From the NCBI GenBank assembly GCA_963665815.1, contig OY762463.1:3392001-3456000 (forward strand): DNA of 64,000 bases, written 5' to 3'. Shown in pieces: positions 29,248 through 38,886 of the stretch. Origin of the DNA: Candidatus Cloacimonadales bacterium (GTDB lineage Bacteria; Cloacimonadota; Cloacimonadia; Cloacimonadales; JAIOQZ01). Position 1 is the stretch's first letter. Each line of letters starts with the position of its first letter. The translations under genes were made by a program, and so were the position numbers. The notes under the pieces were generated by a model. The model did not search any database. It was given only the letters and a program-made list of their open reading frames with translations, and was not told where the DNA came from.

Positions 29248-30000
29248 ATGGAAGTTATTGCAACAAGACCAAAATCGTTAACAGATTTACAATTTACATA
29301 TTGCCCGGGATGTACTCACGGGATCGCACATAGATTAATCGCAGAATGTATGGATGAACTTGGAATGCAGAATAACATGATGGGTGTTGCTCCTGTCGGA
29401 TGTTCTGTGTTTGCTTATAAATTCTTTGATTGCGATATGGCGGAAGCTGCTCACGGTAGAGCTCCTGCTGTCGCAACAGGTATGAAAAGAGCAAGACCTG
29501 ATATGCATGTATTCACTTATCAGGGAGATGGTGACCTTGCAGCTATCGGTACTGCAGAAATCGTTCACGCAGCAAACAGAGGTGAAAACATTTCTGTATT
29601 TTTCGTTAACAATGCTATATACGGAATGACAGGTGGACAAATGGCTCCAACAACACTTTCGGGCATGAAAACATCTACATCACCTTATGGTAGAGATACA
29701 GACGATATCGGACACCCTGTACTTGTTAGTGAACTGATTAATTCTTTAACAGCTCCTTACTTCATTGAACGAGTATCACTTCTTTCAGCTCCTGATATAA
29801 TGAAAGCTAAAAAAGCTGTGAAGAAAGCTCTTCAGTATAATAAAGAAGGCAGAGGATTTACACTTGTAGAGTTCATCTCAACTTGTCCTACTAACTGGGG
29901 AACAGATGCTGTTGAAGCAATTAAATGGGCAAAAGAAAACATGTTACCTGTATTCAAACTTGGTAACTACAGAGATAAAGGCGTAGAAGGGGGAGAATAA
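29248..30000 (+). CDS. 2-oxoacid:ferredoxin oxidoreductase beta (TPP-binding) subunit
   Basis: YCPGCTHG, HGRAPAVATG, GDGDLAAIG, NNAIYGMTGGQMAPT, CPTNW. Confidence 0.92.
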   Translation: MEVIATRPKSLTDLQFTYCPGCTHGIAHRLIAECMDELGMQNNMMGVAPVGCSVFAYKFFDCDMAEAAHGRAPAVATGMKRARPDMHVFTYQGDGDLAAIGTAEIVHAANRGENISVFFVNNAIYGMTGGQMAPTTLSGMKTSTSPYGRDTDDIGHPVLVSELINSLTAPYFIERVSLLSAPDIMKAKKAVKKALQYNKEGRGFTLVEFISTCPTNWGTDAVEAIKWAKENMLPVFKLGNYRDKGVEGGE

Positions 30001-30542
30001 TGAAAACTGAAATGATATGCTCAGGTTTTGGTGGACAAGGTGCTCTCACAATAGGTAAATTCCTGGCGAAAGCCGGAATGCAGGAAGGAAAAAACGTTTC
30101 ATGGCTTCCATCTTACGGACCTGAAATGCGCGGTGGTACAGCTAACGTTGCTACAGTTATCTCAGATAAACCGGTAGCTTCTCCGCTCGTATCTTTCCCG
30201 GATATCCTTATTGCTCTTAATCAACCATCTCTGGACAAATTCGGTCCGGACGTAAAAGCCGGTGGATTAATTATTGCAAACTCTGATATGTGCCCTAACA
30301 AACTTGATAGAGATGACGTTGACGTTGTATATGCTCCAATGTCTACTTTCGCTATTGAAGCAGGATCACTTAAAGTGCTCAATGTTGTTTCAATCGGTGT
30401 ACTTCTTGGTAAAAAAGAACTGGTGAATATTCAGACAATTAAGGATGATCTCACATCATTCCTTAAAGCAAAGAAACCTGAACTTCTTGATGCTAACCTT
30501 AAAGCTCTTGATTCAGGATATGAATTTGCAAAGAATAACTAA
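30000..30542 (+). CDS. 2-oxoacid:ferredoxin oxidoreductase gamma subunit
   Basis: GFGGQG, PSYGPEMRGGTA. Confidence 0.92.
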   Translation: MKTEMICSGFGGQGALTIGKFLAKAGMQEGKNVSWLPSYGPEMRGGTANVATVISDKPVASPLVSFPDILIALNQPSLDKFGPDVKAGGLIIANSDMCPNKLDRDDVDVVYAPMSTFAIEAGSLKVLNVVSIGVLLGKKELVNIQTIKDDLTSFLKAKKPELLDANLKALDSGYEFAKNN

Positions 30543-30565
30543 TCAGTATGATTAAATAAACTTAC

Positions 30566-30595
30566 GAGCTGCTTGTTATCAGGCAGCTCTTTTTT
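30566..30595 (+). terminator. Intrinsic terminator of the oxidoreductase operon
   Basis: gagctgcttg-ttat-caggcagctc followed by a T-run. Confidence 0.85.
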
Positions 30596-30600
30596 GTGTA

Positions 30601-30631
30601 AAAAAAAAAGGCTGTGGAGTATCCACAGCCT
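30601..30631 (-). terminator. Intrinsic terminator of rnhB
   Basis: A-run then aggctgtgga-gta-tccacagcct. Confidence 0.85.
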
Positions 30632-30658
30632 GAAAGTGTATACAATAACTCAGGAATA

Positions 30659-31270
30659 TTATTCAAAATCTATTCTAACTTCCTGACAAGGTTTATATGA
30701 TTTACGGTGATGTTCTGTTAACCCGTACTTTGCAATTGCCCTAAGGTGTTCAGGAGTAGGATATCCTTTATTCTGGGCAAAATTGTACTGAGGATGCTTT
30801 TCATGAAGTTTGATCATGATTCTGTCTCTGGTTACTTTTGCCAGAACAGATGCAGCGGCGATAGAGGCATAAGTACTGTCTCCGCGTACAATAGCTCGTG
30901 GAGTGATCAGCATATCGTCCGGGATTCTGTTTCCGTCTATAAGCACTACATCCGGTTTAGTCCCCAGATTTTCCACAGCTTTTTTCATTCCGTTCAGAGT
31001 AGCCTGAAGGATGTTAACTTCATCAATAACTTCCGGTGGAACTGCCAGGATTTCCCAAGCAATAGCTTCTTCTTTTATTGTATCGTACAGGATGTTTCTT
31101 TTAGCTTCAGTGAGCTTTTTTGAGTCATCGAGTTCGTGGATAAATGCGTTTTCTCCAAGGATAACAGCGGCAACTACAAGCGGCCCTGCGAGAGGACCTC
31201 GCCCTGCTTCGTCAACACCGGCAACGTAATGATATGTACGATACAGTTCTGCTTCGTTTTGAAATATCAT
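30659..31270 (-). CDS. rnhB: Ribonuclease HII
   Basis: GVDEAGRGPLAGP, DDSKKL, LIDGN, SIAAASVLAKVTRD, NKGYPT; start moved to MIFQ after an AAGGAG RBS. Confidence 0.95.
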   Translation of the reverse strand: MIFQNEAELYRTYHYVAGVDEAGRGPLAGPLVVAAVILGENAFIHELDDSKKLTEAKRNILYDTIKEEAIAWEILAVPPEVIDEVNILQATLNGMKKAVENLGTKPDVVLIDGNRIPDDMLITPRAIVRGDSTYASIAAASVLAKVTRDRIMIKLHEKHPQYNFAQNKGYPTPEHLRAIAKYGLTEHHRKSYKPCQEVRIDFE

Positions 31271-31541
31271 TGATACTCCTTTATAGTCTTTTATATGTAA
31301 TTTAATGTAATAAAACCTCTGATACAACCAGAGATTCGATAAATTTGTTAAAAATCGTGTGAATCTAAGGCTGCAACAATATAAAAGAAACCTATAAGAG
31401 ATAAATGTCAAGAAGTTTAAGCATATTCGAATATTTTTTTGATATTTTCCCATTTTCGCTTTCTTTTGGCAAGTTGAATTTGTGCACAGTCCTTGATAAA
31501 TCCTTGACACAAAAACGGGTTTTTCGAGTATATGAAACAGT

Positions 31542-31618
31542 GCCCCCGTAGCTCAGCTGGATAGAGCAGTTCCCTCCTAAGGAAAAGGTCGTGCGTTCGA
31601 ATCGCGCCGGGGGTGCCA
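31542..31618 (+). tRNA. tRNA-Arg(CCT)
   Basis: Acceptor stem GCCCCCG/CGGGGGT, D-arm TAGCTCAGCTGGATAGAGC, anticodon loop CT-CCT-AA, T-loop GTTCGAATC, encoded CCA. Confidence 0.97.
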
Positions 31619-31674
31619 TTTAACTACTATCAAAATATTCTGTAGTTTATAACCCATGAAGGCCTTTTCCTTTC

Positions 31675-31727
31675 AAAGGTCGTGTGTTTCCCGATCCATC
31701 GGGACGCCGGGGGGGCCATACAAAACT
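31675..31727 (+). repeat. Modified tRNA-Arg 3'-half copy (att-like), near-identical to 63783-63833
   Basis: aaaggtcgtgtgtttcccgatccatcgggacgccggggggg-ccatacaaaact. Confidence 0.85.
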
Positions 31728-32005
31728 ATTACTAATTCTATACATTATAGCATTTCACTATCATTTTATTTTTGTTCAGTGATGAAGAACTTCCATGTTT
31801 TAAGATAACCTTAGTATGTAGTATTTTTGTTGCTATTCACTTATATTATATCATGTATTAATTAAAAAAATCTTACTTAAGTATCGAGAAAAACTCTTTT
31901 GCTGAAAAAAAAATTGACAAAGAAACTCCTAACTGCTTTTTTTAAAGTTACATAGAGATTATTTAGTTAATCAAACACTGATTTTAAATATTAGAGGGAG
32001 ATCAA

Positions 32006-32296
32006 ATGGCAACACGGAAATACCGAATTAAAGTTAGACAAAGTTCAAACAACCTTGAAGTGTATGGTGAAGCAGTAAGTATATTAAAAAAAGCAGTAAA
32101 TGGTTGGGATATATGTATTGAAATAAAAGAAAATCCCAAAAAGGGTAGTTTCAGACCATCTACAGGCTACTATTTTTATACGAATGGGATTATTGAAATA
32201 CAAGATAATCCTGATTGTATGCAAAATTTTAAATCTTGGTGGATGAGTATTTCGAAGCATGTAGCTCTAAGACCAATAAAAATTTCTGAATGTTAG
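32006..32296 (+). CDS. Hypothetical protein, first gene of a two-gene unit
   Basis: GAGGGAG RBS, upstream TTGACA; ends 12 nt before the next gene. Confidence 0.65.
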   Translation: MATRKYRIKVRQSSNNLEVYGEAVSILKKAVNGWDICIEIKENPKKGSFRPSTGYYFYTNGIIEIQDNPDCMQNFKSWWMSISKHVALRPIKISEC

Positions 32297-32308
32297 TGGT
32301 CAGTAATT

Positions 32309-35053
32309 ATGAAAGAAAGTATCAATAAACTTTCAATAAAAAAAATTCATAGAGAAGACTTGTTAGATCAAATTGTAAATGAAAATGAAAAGAGAAGACA
32401 CTATTGGGAATCTAAATACCCAAACCATATAGAGTGGATAAAAAAAGTAATCGCAAATCATAAGAAGAACACATATGAGAGGGTGATTCTTGGTGGTTTT
32501 GCAAATATCAATAATGAGGAAGTATTTTGCTGTTCTGTAATATTGAAGAAAAATCCTTTCACAACTTTTTTAGAGATAAAAAATCTAATTCTATTTGAGT
32601 CTTTACTTAAAGAATGTGCTGAAACTCAAGAAAAATTAAATAAATTATTGTTGAAGCACATTTCACTTTTTGCAGAAGAAAGAGGTTATACTAAGCTTAT
32701 AATTGAACTCACCAATACAAATCTTGCTGATAATAAGTTGATTAAATTGTTTCTTGAGGAGGATTTCGTTATAGCAGGAAGTCAGACATCATTATATGCT
32801 GATAACAATGATGTTGTATATCTTGTAAAGGAGTTAAGCTCTCTTTATTCATTGGATTCTTTTGATTATGATAAAATTGCCTTTTGGATTATGGATAAAT
32901 ACATAGGTGGAGGAAAATTAAACTATAACATATTAAGTTATGTAAAAGTATCTACAATTGATAGACACGGTAAATCTTGTGATTATGAAGGTGCTGTACA
33001 TACATATAAAATAAGCAGAAATGAATCAGATAGTATGCTATCTAACCTTTTCTCATTAGTTATACAGGTTCTTGTAATTAATGAGAGTACAATGAATTCA
33101 AGAATAACAAAGGAAATCACGAATATAGAAAGGACGACATGCAATAATTCTAGTTTTTTTGTATTTAATTTTACAGAAATAAAAATTAAAGAGCAAGAAA
33201 ACATTAAATTGATCAATAAAAGTGAGATTGATAATCTTATAAATCTTGAAAAAATGCCTTTAATACATACTAGGTTATCTTATAGAGAAATTGGAGGACT
33301 TTTGTTAATGTCGGATCCTAAGATTTTCCCTTTTGAAAAACTAAAGGATAATATCAGGGATAATATTGTTTCTGTATATATTAAACTTGGTGCACTCGGT
33401 CAATTTATAGATAATAGGATGCCAATTTTTTTAGCTTATTTTAACTCAAAAAATCGTTTATCTATATGGGGGATATTACATCAAGACAGTAGGTTCCCAG
33501 AATCTAAGAACATTTATGAACTAGAAGGTGAAAATTCTAAAGATAAATATGAAAACTTCTATCAAGTCCTTATTCGTGATGGAACTTCTCCATTATGGAA
33601 CCTCGATGAGTTCAAAAGACATAGTTCATATAACTCATCTGGGAATTTCATATGTTACTTCATAAAGAATTTTGATGAATATCGTGATGAAGATGCCGAC
33701 AATATAATTATTGATAACTCAATAATAGAAGGATTTGAAGAAAAGTATCAAGATCAGGCATTTGATTTCTATGTCTCAAAGAAAGAAGTTAATAACATTC
33801 TTAAAAAGAAACAGGTGATTGATAACAGGAGGAATGAAATTAATATGGATAAGAGAAAAAATATTATTGAGGGCAAAATTTGCAAAGAAAAATATGATAA
33901 TGAAAATAAAGAACGATTGGGAAAAATTTTGTATAACAAAAATGTAGTGCCTTCTCTGACGGCAACTTCAAAGAAAGAATTAAGAAAAATAATCGATAAT
34001 AGTTACAATAGATCACAAGAAACAATAAACAGTATTATTCAAAAATTAAAGTCTGTGCTACCAGAATTCTTGCACAATAAAGAATACTCTAATATCTCAA
34101 TAGGATTATTTGGTTCTGTGGGAAGACTGGAGATGCATTCAAGGTCTGATGTAGAATTCGTAATTGTGTATGAGAGCAATGAGTCTGATGTAAATAAAGA
34201 ACATTCACTTCTTACATGGAACATTGTTAGAAATGCTATTGAAGAAATTGGGTTTGAATGGGAAGGAAAACAGATGTTTGAAGTCGACAGTGATTATGAA
34301 TTAACGACTGAGATTTATGATTCTTATGTTGTGGAAAATGATTTTCCTAACAAGTATCTCCCAATAATTGACATAAGAACTCTATTGAGCAAAAATATGC
34401 ATATGGACGCGAGATTGAAGTCAAGATACTATCAATTACTAACTGAGTTAACTCCAATATATAATCCAGAATTACTGGATAAGCTAAAAATGCAGATGAT
34501 TAACGACAATATTCCTGGTGAAAAAAGTTGGGGATCTATATATCATTCATCATTTTTTAATGAGATTATGGGAGATTATTATAATAACACTAGGCCAGAA
34601 AAGTTCCTTAGTATAGAGGATGTTAAAAAATTCTGCTATAGGGTTCTAAATGTTCTTATGTTTAAAATAAGTACATTGAAAAGTCTAATTAAATTTGATG
34701 CATTACATGATGAAGCTGATATATCATTGTTACTGAAACAATTTAATCAATCACCTTTTACAAGACTAATCAGTTTAATCTTTGAAAGAATTGATTGTAC
34801 AAGCAAGGAAATTGACTATCTTTTTAATGGATATATAGAAATGTTTCATTATTTCTCACACTATAAAACAACGAATGGTGATTTAGAAATTAGTGAAGCA
34901 GCAAGAATAATGATTAAAAATATAATAGAAACCATTGAAGAAATATTCAAGATAATAAAAAGACGCTATCCACAGATATTTGATAAGAGTCCATGGTTAT
35001 TCGGTGAGAATGAATTGAGTGAGTTAGCTCGTGCATTGGTCAGTGTCCATTAA
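32309..35053 (+). CDS. Multidomain protein: GNAT-like N-terminus and Pol-beta-type (DUF294/GlnD-like) nucleotidyltransferase C-terminus
   Basis: LEIKNL...LLLKHISLFAEERGYTKLIIE...IKLFLEEDF (GNAT); GLFGSVGRLEMHSRSDVEFVIVY (NTase GS..DxE). Confidence 0.6.
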   Translation: MKESINKLSIKKIHREDLLDQIVNENEKRRHYWESKYPNHIEWIKKVIANHKKNTYERVILGGFANINNEEVFCCSVILKKNPFTTFLEIKNLILFESLLKECAETQEKLNKLLLKHISLFAEERGYTKLIIELTNTNLADNKLIKLFLEEDFVIAGSQTSLYADNNDVVYLVKELSSLYSLDSFDYDKIAFWIMDKYIGGGKLNYNILSYVKVSTIDRHGKSCDYEGAVHTYKISRNESDSMLSNLFSLVIQVLVINESTMNSRITKEITNIERTTCNNSSFFVFNFTEIKIKEQENIKLINKSEIDNLINLEKMPLIHTRLSYREIGGLLLMSDPKIFPFEKLKDNIRDNIVSVYIKLGALGQFIDNRMPIFLAYFNSKNRLSIWGILHQDSRFPESKNIYELEGENSKDKYENFYQVLIRDGTSPLWNLDEFKRHSSYNSSGNFICYFIKNFDEYRDEDADNIIIDNSIIEGFEEKYQDQAFDFYVSKKEVNNILKKKQVIDNRRNEINMDKRKNIIEGKICKEKYDNENKERLGKILYNKNVVPSLTATSKKELRKIIDNSYNRSQETINSIIQKLKSVLPEFLHNKEYSNISIGLFGSVGRLEMHSRSDVEFVIVYESNESDVNKEHSLLTWNIVRNAIEEIGFEWEGKQMFEVDSDYELTTEIYDSYVVENDFPNKYLPIIDIRTLLSKNMHMDARLKSRYYQLLTELTPIYNPELLDKLKMQMINDNIPGEKSWGSIYHSSFFNEIMGDYYNNTRPEKFLSIEDVKKFCYRVLNVLMFKISTLKSLIKFDALHDEADISLLLKQFNQSPFTRLISLIFERIDCTSKEIDYLFNGYIEMFHYFSHYKTTNGDLEISEAARIMIKNIIETIEEIFKIIKRRYPQIFDKSPWLFGENELSELARALVSVH

Positions 35054-35145
35054 ACATCTATTACTATATATATGAAATCATAATTTATTGATAGATATAC
35101 AGAAAAGAAGGATAGACCTTTTTTTAATATATTCATCCAACCGGT

Positions 35146-36018
35146 TCATGCTACTTTTACAGTATTCATCAAACCTTGGTAGTAGTTGCAAAACTCATTG
35201 CATCTACAATATTCCATACATCGTATGGGTTCTGATTGTCGGATCTCAACAACTAAGTCTGAGCGCTTAGTTTTACGGATATATTCTTCTGCTTGGGGTC
35301 TGTCATCAAAAAGCTTTGTTGCTCGTTTAGCATTTACTTTTTGTACTGCCCAGCGTATAGTCTGCCATCTTTCTTCCGGTAGACAAACAGGAATATCGTC
35401 ATCCGGGAGATTTAAAGCCATTTCGAAAAGCTTTATCCTTTTTCTAATGAATTCCTCAACTTGTTCGTTTGACCATACTTTTAGATTGATAGTCTCTATC
35501 TGACGAGGATAGTTGCATTCTCTCTTGAACTTTGACTTGCTCCAGTCTCTGAAGATCGTGATTACTTTTAGACGATTAACTGGGAATCCTGCTTTTCTAA
35601 ATAGATATGCATAGATATTAAGCTGCTCTGTCCATTCTTTAATACGTGACTTGAATATGTAAGTCCATATTGAGGTAAACTTGTAATCCGAAATAGTTCT
35701 GTTCTCATACAGGTCTACAGCACCAGATATAAGCCTTCCATCAATAGAAGCAAACAACCTTTCTTCATTGATTGAGTTTTCCCATTCTGACTTCTCAAGT
35801 ACTGCATGCATTGCAGATCCCATTAAAGACCAGATAAGATCACTGGCTTCCTCAACAATTTCTTCTGAATGTCTTTTCTCCAGAACGAATATCTTTGGTG
35901 GTTTAAGCAATCCAGTTACACTTGAAAAATGATTCACATTAGAGCCGGAATACCAGCCCTTCTTTATAGATCTAAAGATTGGATCAGGTATTCCGTTTCT
36001 ATTAGTAATAACAGTCAT
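35146..36018 (-). CDS. Cas4/RecB-like PD-(D/E)XK exonuclease
   Basis: GSAMHAVLE, ISGAVDL...DYK, QLNIYAYL, C-terminal CMEYCRCNEFC. Confidence 0.8.
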   Translation of the reverse strand: MTVITNRNGIPDPIFRSIKKGWYSGSNVNHFSSVTGLLKPPKIFVLEKRHSEEIVEEASDLIWSLMGSAMHAVLEKSEWENSINEERLFASIDGRLISGAVDLYENRTISDYKFTSIWTYIFKSRIKEWTEQLNIYAYLFRKAGFPVNRLKVITIFRDWSKSKFKRECNYPRQIETINLKVWSNEQVEEFIRKRIKLFEMALNLPDDDIPVCLPEERWQTIRWAVQKVNAKRATKLFDDRPQAEEYIRKTKRSDLVVEIRQSEPIRCMEYCRCNEFCNYYQGLMNTVKVA

Positions 36019-36023
36019 AGTAC

Positions 36024-36236
36024 TTAAGCAGCTTGTTCTAATGGTTTGTTGTATTCATAATACTGTGTGAGTATTTCCTGAACAACTTTTGCAAATGATA
36101 TTCTGTCATCACCTGCTTCTTCTCGAGCTTTCATGTCTTCAAGTACGTTTCTGATAAGTTTGTTCTGAAGGTAGATTCCTTTCGTTGTTCCACCGATTTC
36201 CGGTAAATTATCAATTTGTTTTTGGATACTTGCCAT
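36024..36236 (-). CDS. Small putative ribbon-helix-helix DNA-binding protein
   Basis: TKGIYL...ISFAKVVQEILTQY; GGAG RBS. Confidence 0.45.
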   Translation of the reverse strand: MASIQKQIDNLPEIGGTTKGIYLQNKLIRNVLEDMKAREEAGDDRISFAKVVQEILTQYYEYNKPLEQAA

Positions 36237-36274
36237 AATTTTAACTCCTATGCGGCTATTTGGTTTAATTCTTG

Positions 36275-37123
36275 TTATATTTTACTTAATTTCGAACTGT
36301 TTGCAGTCATGATGTTTTTGTAGATTGCTTTCCCTTCATCCTCTTCTATAGCACCTACACGAATCAGCGAATAGAGTTTATCTATAGACTGGAATTGATT
36401 GTAGAAGAACTTAAGAAGTCCAAATCCTGTACCGGGATCTTTGACTTTGCTCTTATACTCATGGAATCGCTTCTCAGTCAGAGCTTTCTGTTCATACAGA
36501 GAATCGATAAACTCTAAAAGCAGGATTCTCATTGAACCCGAGTCTGTAGGCATTTCATTACGCTCCTGAGTGCTTGGTTGTGATTCTTTCGGGTAGTCCG
36601 CCGGTAATTCGGAAATCTGGGTTTCCAGTTTAGCAGCTTTCTCTGATCTTGCCCAAGAAGGTAATTCCGGTACAATCCAGAAAGCCGAGATATCCTTTGA
36701 ATAGTATGTGTGTAACTTTTCCTTTGGTATGTTATAAGGTTTGGTTCTATGAAGCTCTACAATATGCTCAGGTAGATTGTAGAGGTAACGACCAATTCCA
36801 AACTTCACTGCTGCTCTTTTCAGGGAATCCGAAAATCCACCTTTCAGAGCTTCGATATTTGTAAACTGAGCAGTATCCTGCTTGCATATCCATTCTCCTT
36901 CAATAAGAACTGATAATTTACACAATACCCCTGTAGGCAAAACTTCGTATGAGTCCACCCAACCACTTACACCAAAGATATCGTCAAGCCTGTCCATGAC
37001 AGCCCTAGATGTTATATAAGCAAGAACAACCGCTTTCTGGTTGTTCTTGAATACTCGAGCAATTCGAAACTCAATATCACTTGCCGGAAAAGGTTTCTTC
37101 AATTGTTGTTCAATATCATTCAT
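36275..37123 (-). CDS. Rad52/Rad22-family (Sak-like) single-strand annealing protein
   Basis: LKKPFPASDIEFR, LAYITSRAVMDRLDDIFG..GW, KGGFSDSLKRAAVKFGIGRYLY. Confidence 0.88.
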   Translation of the reverse strand: MNDIEQQLKKPFPASDIEFRIARVFKNNQKAVVLAYITSRAVMDRLDDIFGVSGWVDSYEVLPTGVLCKLSVLIEGEWICKQDTAQFTNIEALKGGFSDSLKRAAVKFGIGRYLYNLPEHIVELHRTKPYNIPKEKLHTYYSKDISAFWIVPELPSWARSEKAAKLETQISELPADYPKESQPSTQERNEMPTDSGSMRILLLEFIDSLYEQKALTEKRFHEYKSKVKDPGTGFGLLKFFYNQFQSIDKLYSLIRVGAIEEDEGKAIYKNIMTANSSKLSKI

Positions 37124-37191
37124 TTTGTAATCCTTTGAGTCTGATTGTTATAAGACTCTAAAAGTTGTTTTCAAGATTGTAGCTTTGTCTG

Positions 37192-37413
37192 TTAGTCGGT
37201 TTTTCTGTTTGTATGATTTTGGAGTACACATTCAAGAGCTTTTCTTTCAGCCATGAATCGAGATAAACCACCATCGAATTCTATGATCCCCGCTCTTTCG
37301 ATAAACTCCTCAAGTAGGTTTTCCAATTCAATGTTGTTCTTTGCAACATCAGATAGTTTCTTGTAAATACCAGCTGATACATTTTGCTTCATATTGTGAA
37401 GATTAGCATTCAT
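37192..37413 (-). CDS. Hypothetical mobile-element protein
   Basis: ERAGIIEFDGGLSR..AE motif, common in phage/plasmid small proteins; ATGA overlap with the upstream gene. Confidence 0.6.
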   Translation of the reverse strand: MNANLHNMKQNVSAGIYKKLSDVAKNNIELENLLEEFIERAGIIEFDGGLSRFMAERKALECVLQNHTNRKTD

Positions 37414-37682
37414 GATTGCCTTTCCTTAGTATAACACTCATGACATAAATATGTATCATCATCCTCACAGCTATGACATGTATCTTCAAACTCATATTTC
37501 TTACATATCTTGCATTGTTTAAACCAGCCTTCCTGAAAGCAACTTATGCAGAGAGTTCCATGGTTGATAGAAACAATATCATCTCTGTTTTCTTCATCAA
37601 AGATTGTTCCGCAGATGATGCATTGCTCCAAAATCTCTTCTCTAACTTCAATTGGTTTAATCCTTCTTGTCACTTCCTCCAT
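37410..37682 (-). CDS. Cys-rich zinc-finger-like hypothetical protein
   Basis: Five CxxC pairs; AAGGGAG RBS. Confidence 0.6.
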   Translation of the reverse strand: MEEVTRRIKPIEVREEILEQCIICGTIFDEENRDDIVSINHGTLCISCFQEGWFKQCKICKKYEFEDTCHSCEDDDTYLCHECYTKERQS

Positions 37683-37770
37683 TGTTTCTCCCTTTACATA
37701 TAATTAATTCACTTAACACACCAACAACAATACTAACTATGATTTTTATTACTCCTTTGATAATATCCTC

Positions 37771-38082
37771 CTAGTATTCACTTGGATATAGAAAGGTTCC
37801 TACAAAGTATTCTCCATAGTCATCAATCTTGAACCAGATAACAGAACCGAGTTTAAGACCTATCGTTTTAACGATTATCCCTTCTTTCAGGTCACCGTTT
37901 TTGAAACTATAACCTTCCAAAGTAATATTGGTTTTTGATGCTTCTCCAGGTCTGAACACGAACATATCGTAATCATGTTTTTCAAAGAGTTGTTGAACTG
38001 TTAATGTCAGTAATGGAAGGACATTTTGAAAATCATGTTGAATTGTTTGAGTAGCAAAAATGTTTAATGGTTTAATAGGCAT
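37771..38082 (-). CDS. Hypothetical mobile-element protein
   Basis: GGAGG RBS; ends TFLYPSEY like many plasmid/phage small proteins. Confidence 0.6.
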   Translation of the reverse strand: MPIKPLNIFATQTIQHDFQNVLPLLTLTVQQLFEKHDYDMFVFRPGEASKTNITLEGYSFKNGDLKEGIIVKTIGLKLGSVIWFKIDDYGEYFVGTFLYPSEY

Positions 38083-38108
38083 ATCACCTCCAGTTATAAT
38101 AATTAAAT

Positions 38109-38137
38109 TGACCTATAATCATTGCGATTATAGGTCA
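38109..38137. terminator. Hairpin, possible terminator or attenuator
   Basis: tgacctataatc-attgc-gattataggtca perfect 12-bp stem. Confidence 0.5.
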
Positions 38138-38174
38138 TAATTAAAATATGAAGATAAACATAAGCTAAATACGG

Positions 38175-38759
38175 CTAATTGATTAAACTACTAAACACAT
38201 CATACGATTGCTCTATCAGATCTTCCATTGCTTCTTCAAGCATATCTTTCACAGTTGTATCTTTAATTACAGCTAATACTTTTATCTTCTTTGCTACTAA
38301 TTCGTTTACGTTGATTGTTAGCTTCACAGAACTTGATTTAATACTAACAACAGGTTCTTCGTCGAAGTTATCATAAAGTTCAGTAATTGTTTCTGCTAGT
38401 GATTCTGTTTCGTCAAGCTCATCCTCTATTTCCTCATATAACTGTATCGCCTGATCAAAATCATCCTCATGATCCTCCTGTTCTTCTTCATAGCTATCTG
38501 AAGACTTCAATTGATCTTCTTCTCCCTCAAAAATATTATGATAAGATTTATCAGTAAATGGATTAAATGTGACTGGACTAGCGACACTATCATCATTATT
38601 GTTATTATTGTTATATCCATTGATTTTATCAGCTCTATTAACATCATCTTGATCACCCTCCTTATTTTGTGTATGTGTAGCTTTTTTCGCTTGTTCAAGC
38701 ATGTACTGCCTATACTTCGCTGGATTCCTTCGTAATCTGTTATACTTCATTATTTCCAT
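38175..38759 (-). CDS. Acidic protein with C-terminal RHH-like domain
   Basis: KLTINVNELVAKKIKVLAVIKDTTVKDMLEEAM; AAGGAG RBS. Confidence 0.6.
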   Translation of the reverse strand: MEIMKYNRLRRNPAKYRQYMLEQAKKATHTQNKEGDQDDVNRADKINGYNNNNNNDDSVASPVTFNPFTDKSYHNIFEGEEDQLKSSDSYEEEQEDHEDDFDQAIQLYEEIEDELDETESLAETITELYDNFDEEPVVSIKSSSVKLTINVNELVAKKIKVLAVIKDTTVKDMLEEAMEDLIEQSYDVFSSLIN

Positions 38760-38886
38760 TTGTTATTTTCTCCTTAAAAATTATTTAATTTTATGTTCGA
38801 AAAATCTGGAACCCGACGACTCGAAAATACGAGAGTTCAAAAAATGGTTTTGAGCTGATTTGCCCTGATTGAATGTACTGGATAAT

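Noticed and set aside
31271-31510. Long N-terminal extension of RNase HII in the ORF track
   Set aside because: An RBS precedes MIFQ at 31270; the extension is low-complexity intergenic sequence
31392-31619. 75-aa minus-strand ORF
   Set aside because: Antisense shadow of tRNA-Arg and its promoter region
35146-36018. CRISPR-Cas system (Cas4-like protein)
   Set aside because: No cas1/cas2 and no repeat-spacer array seen in the window; context is a Rad52 recombination module
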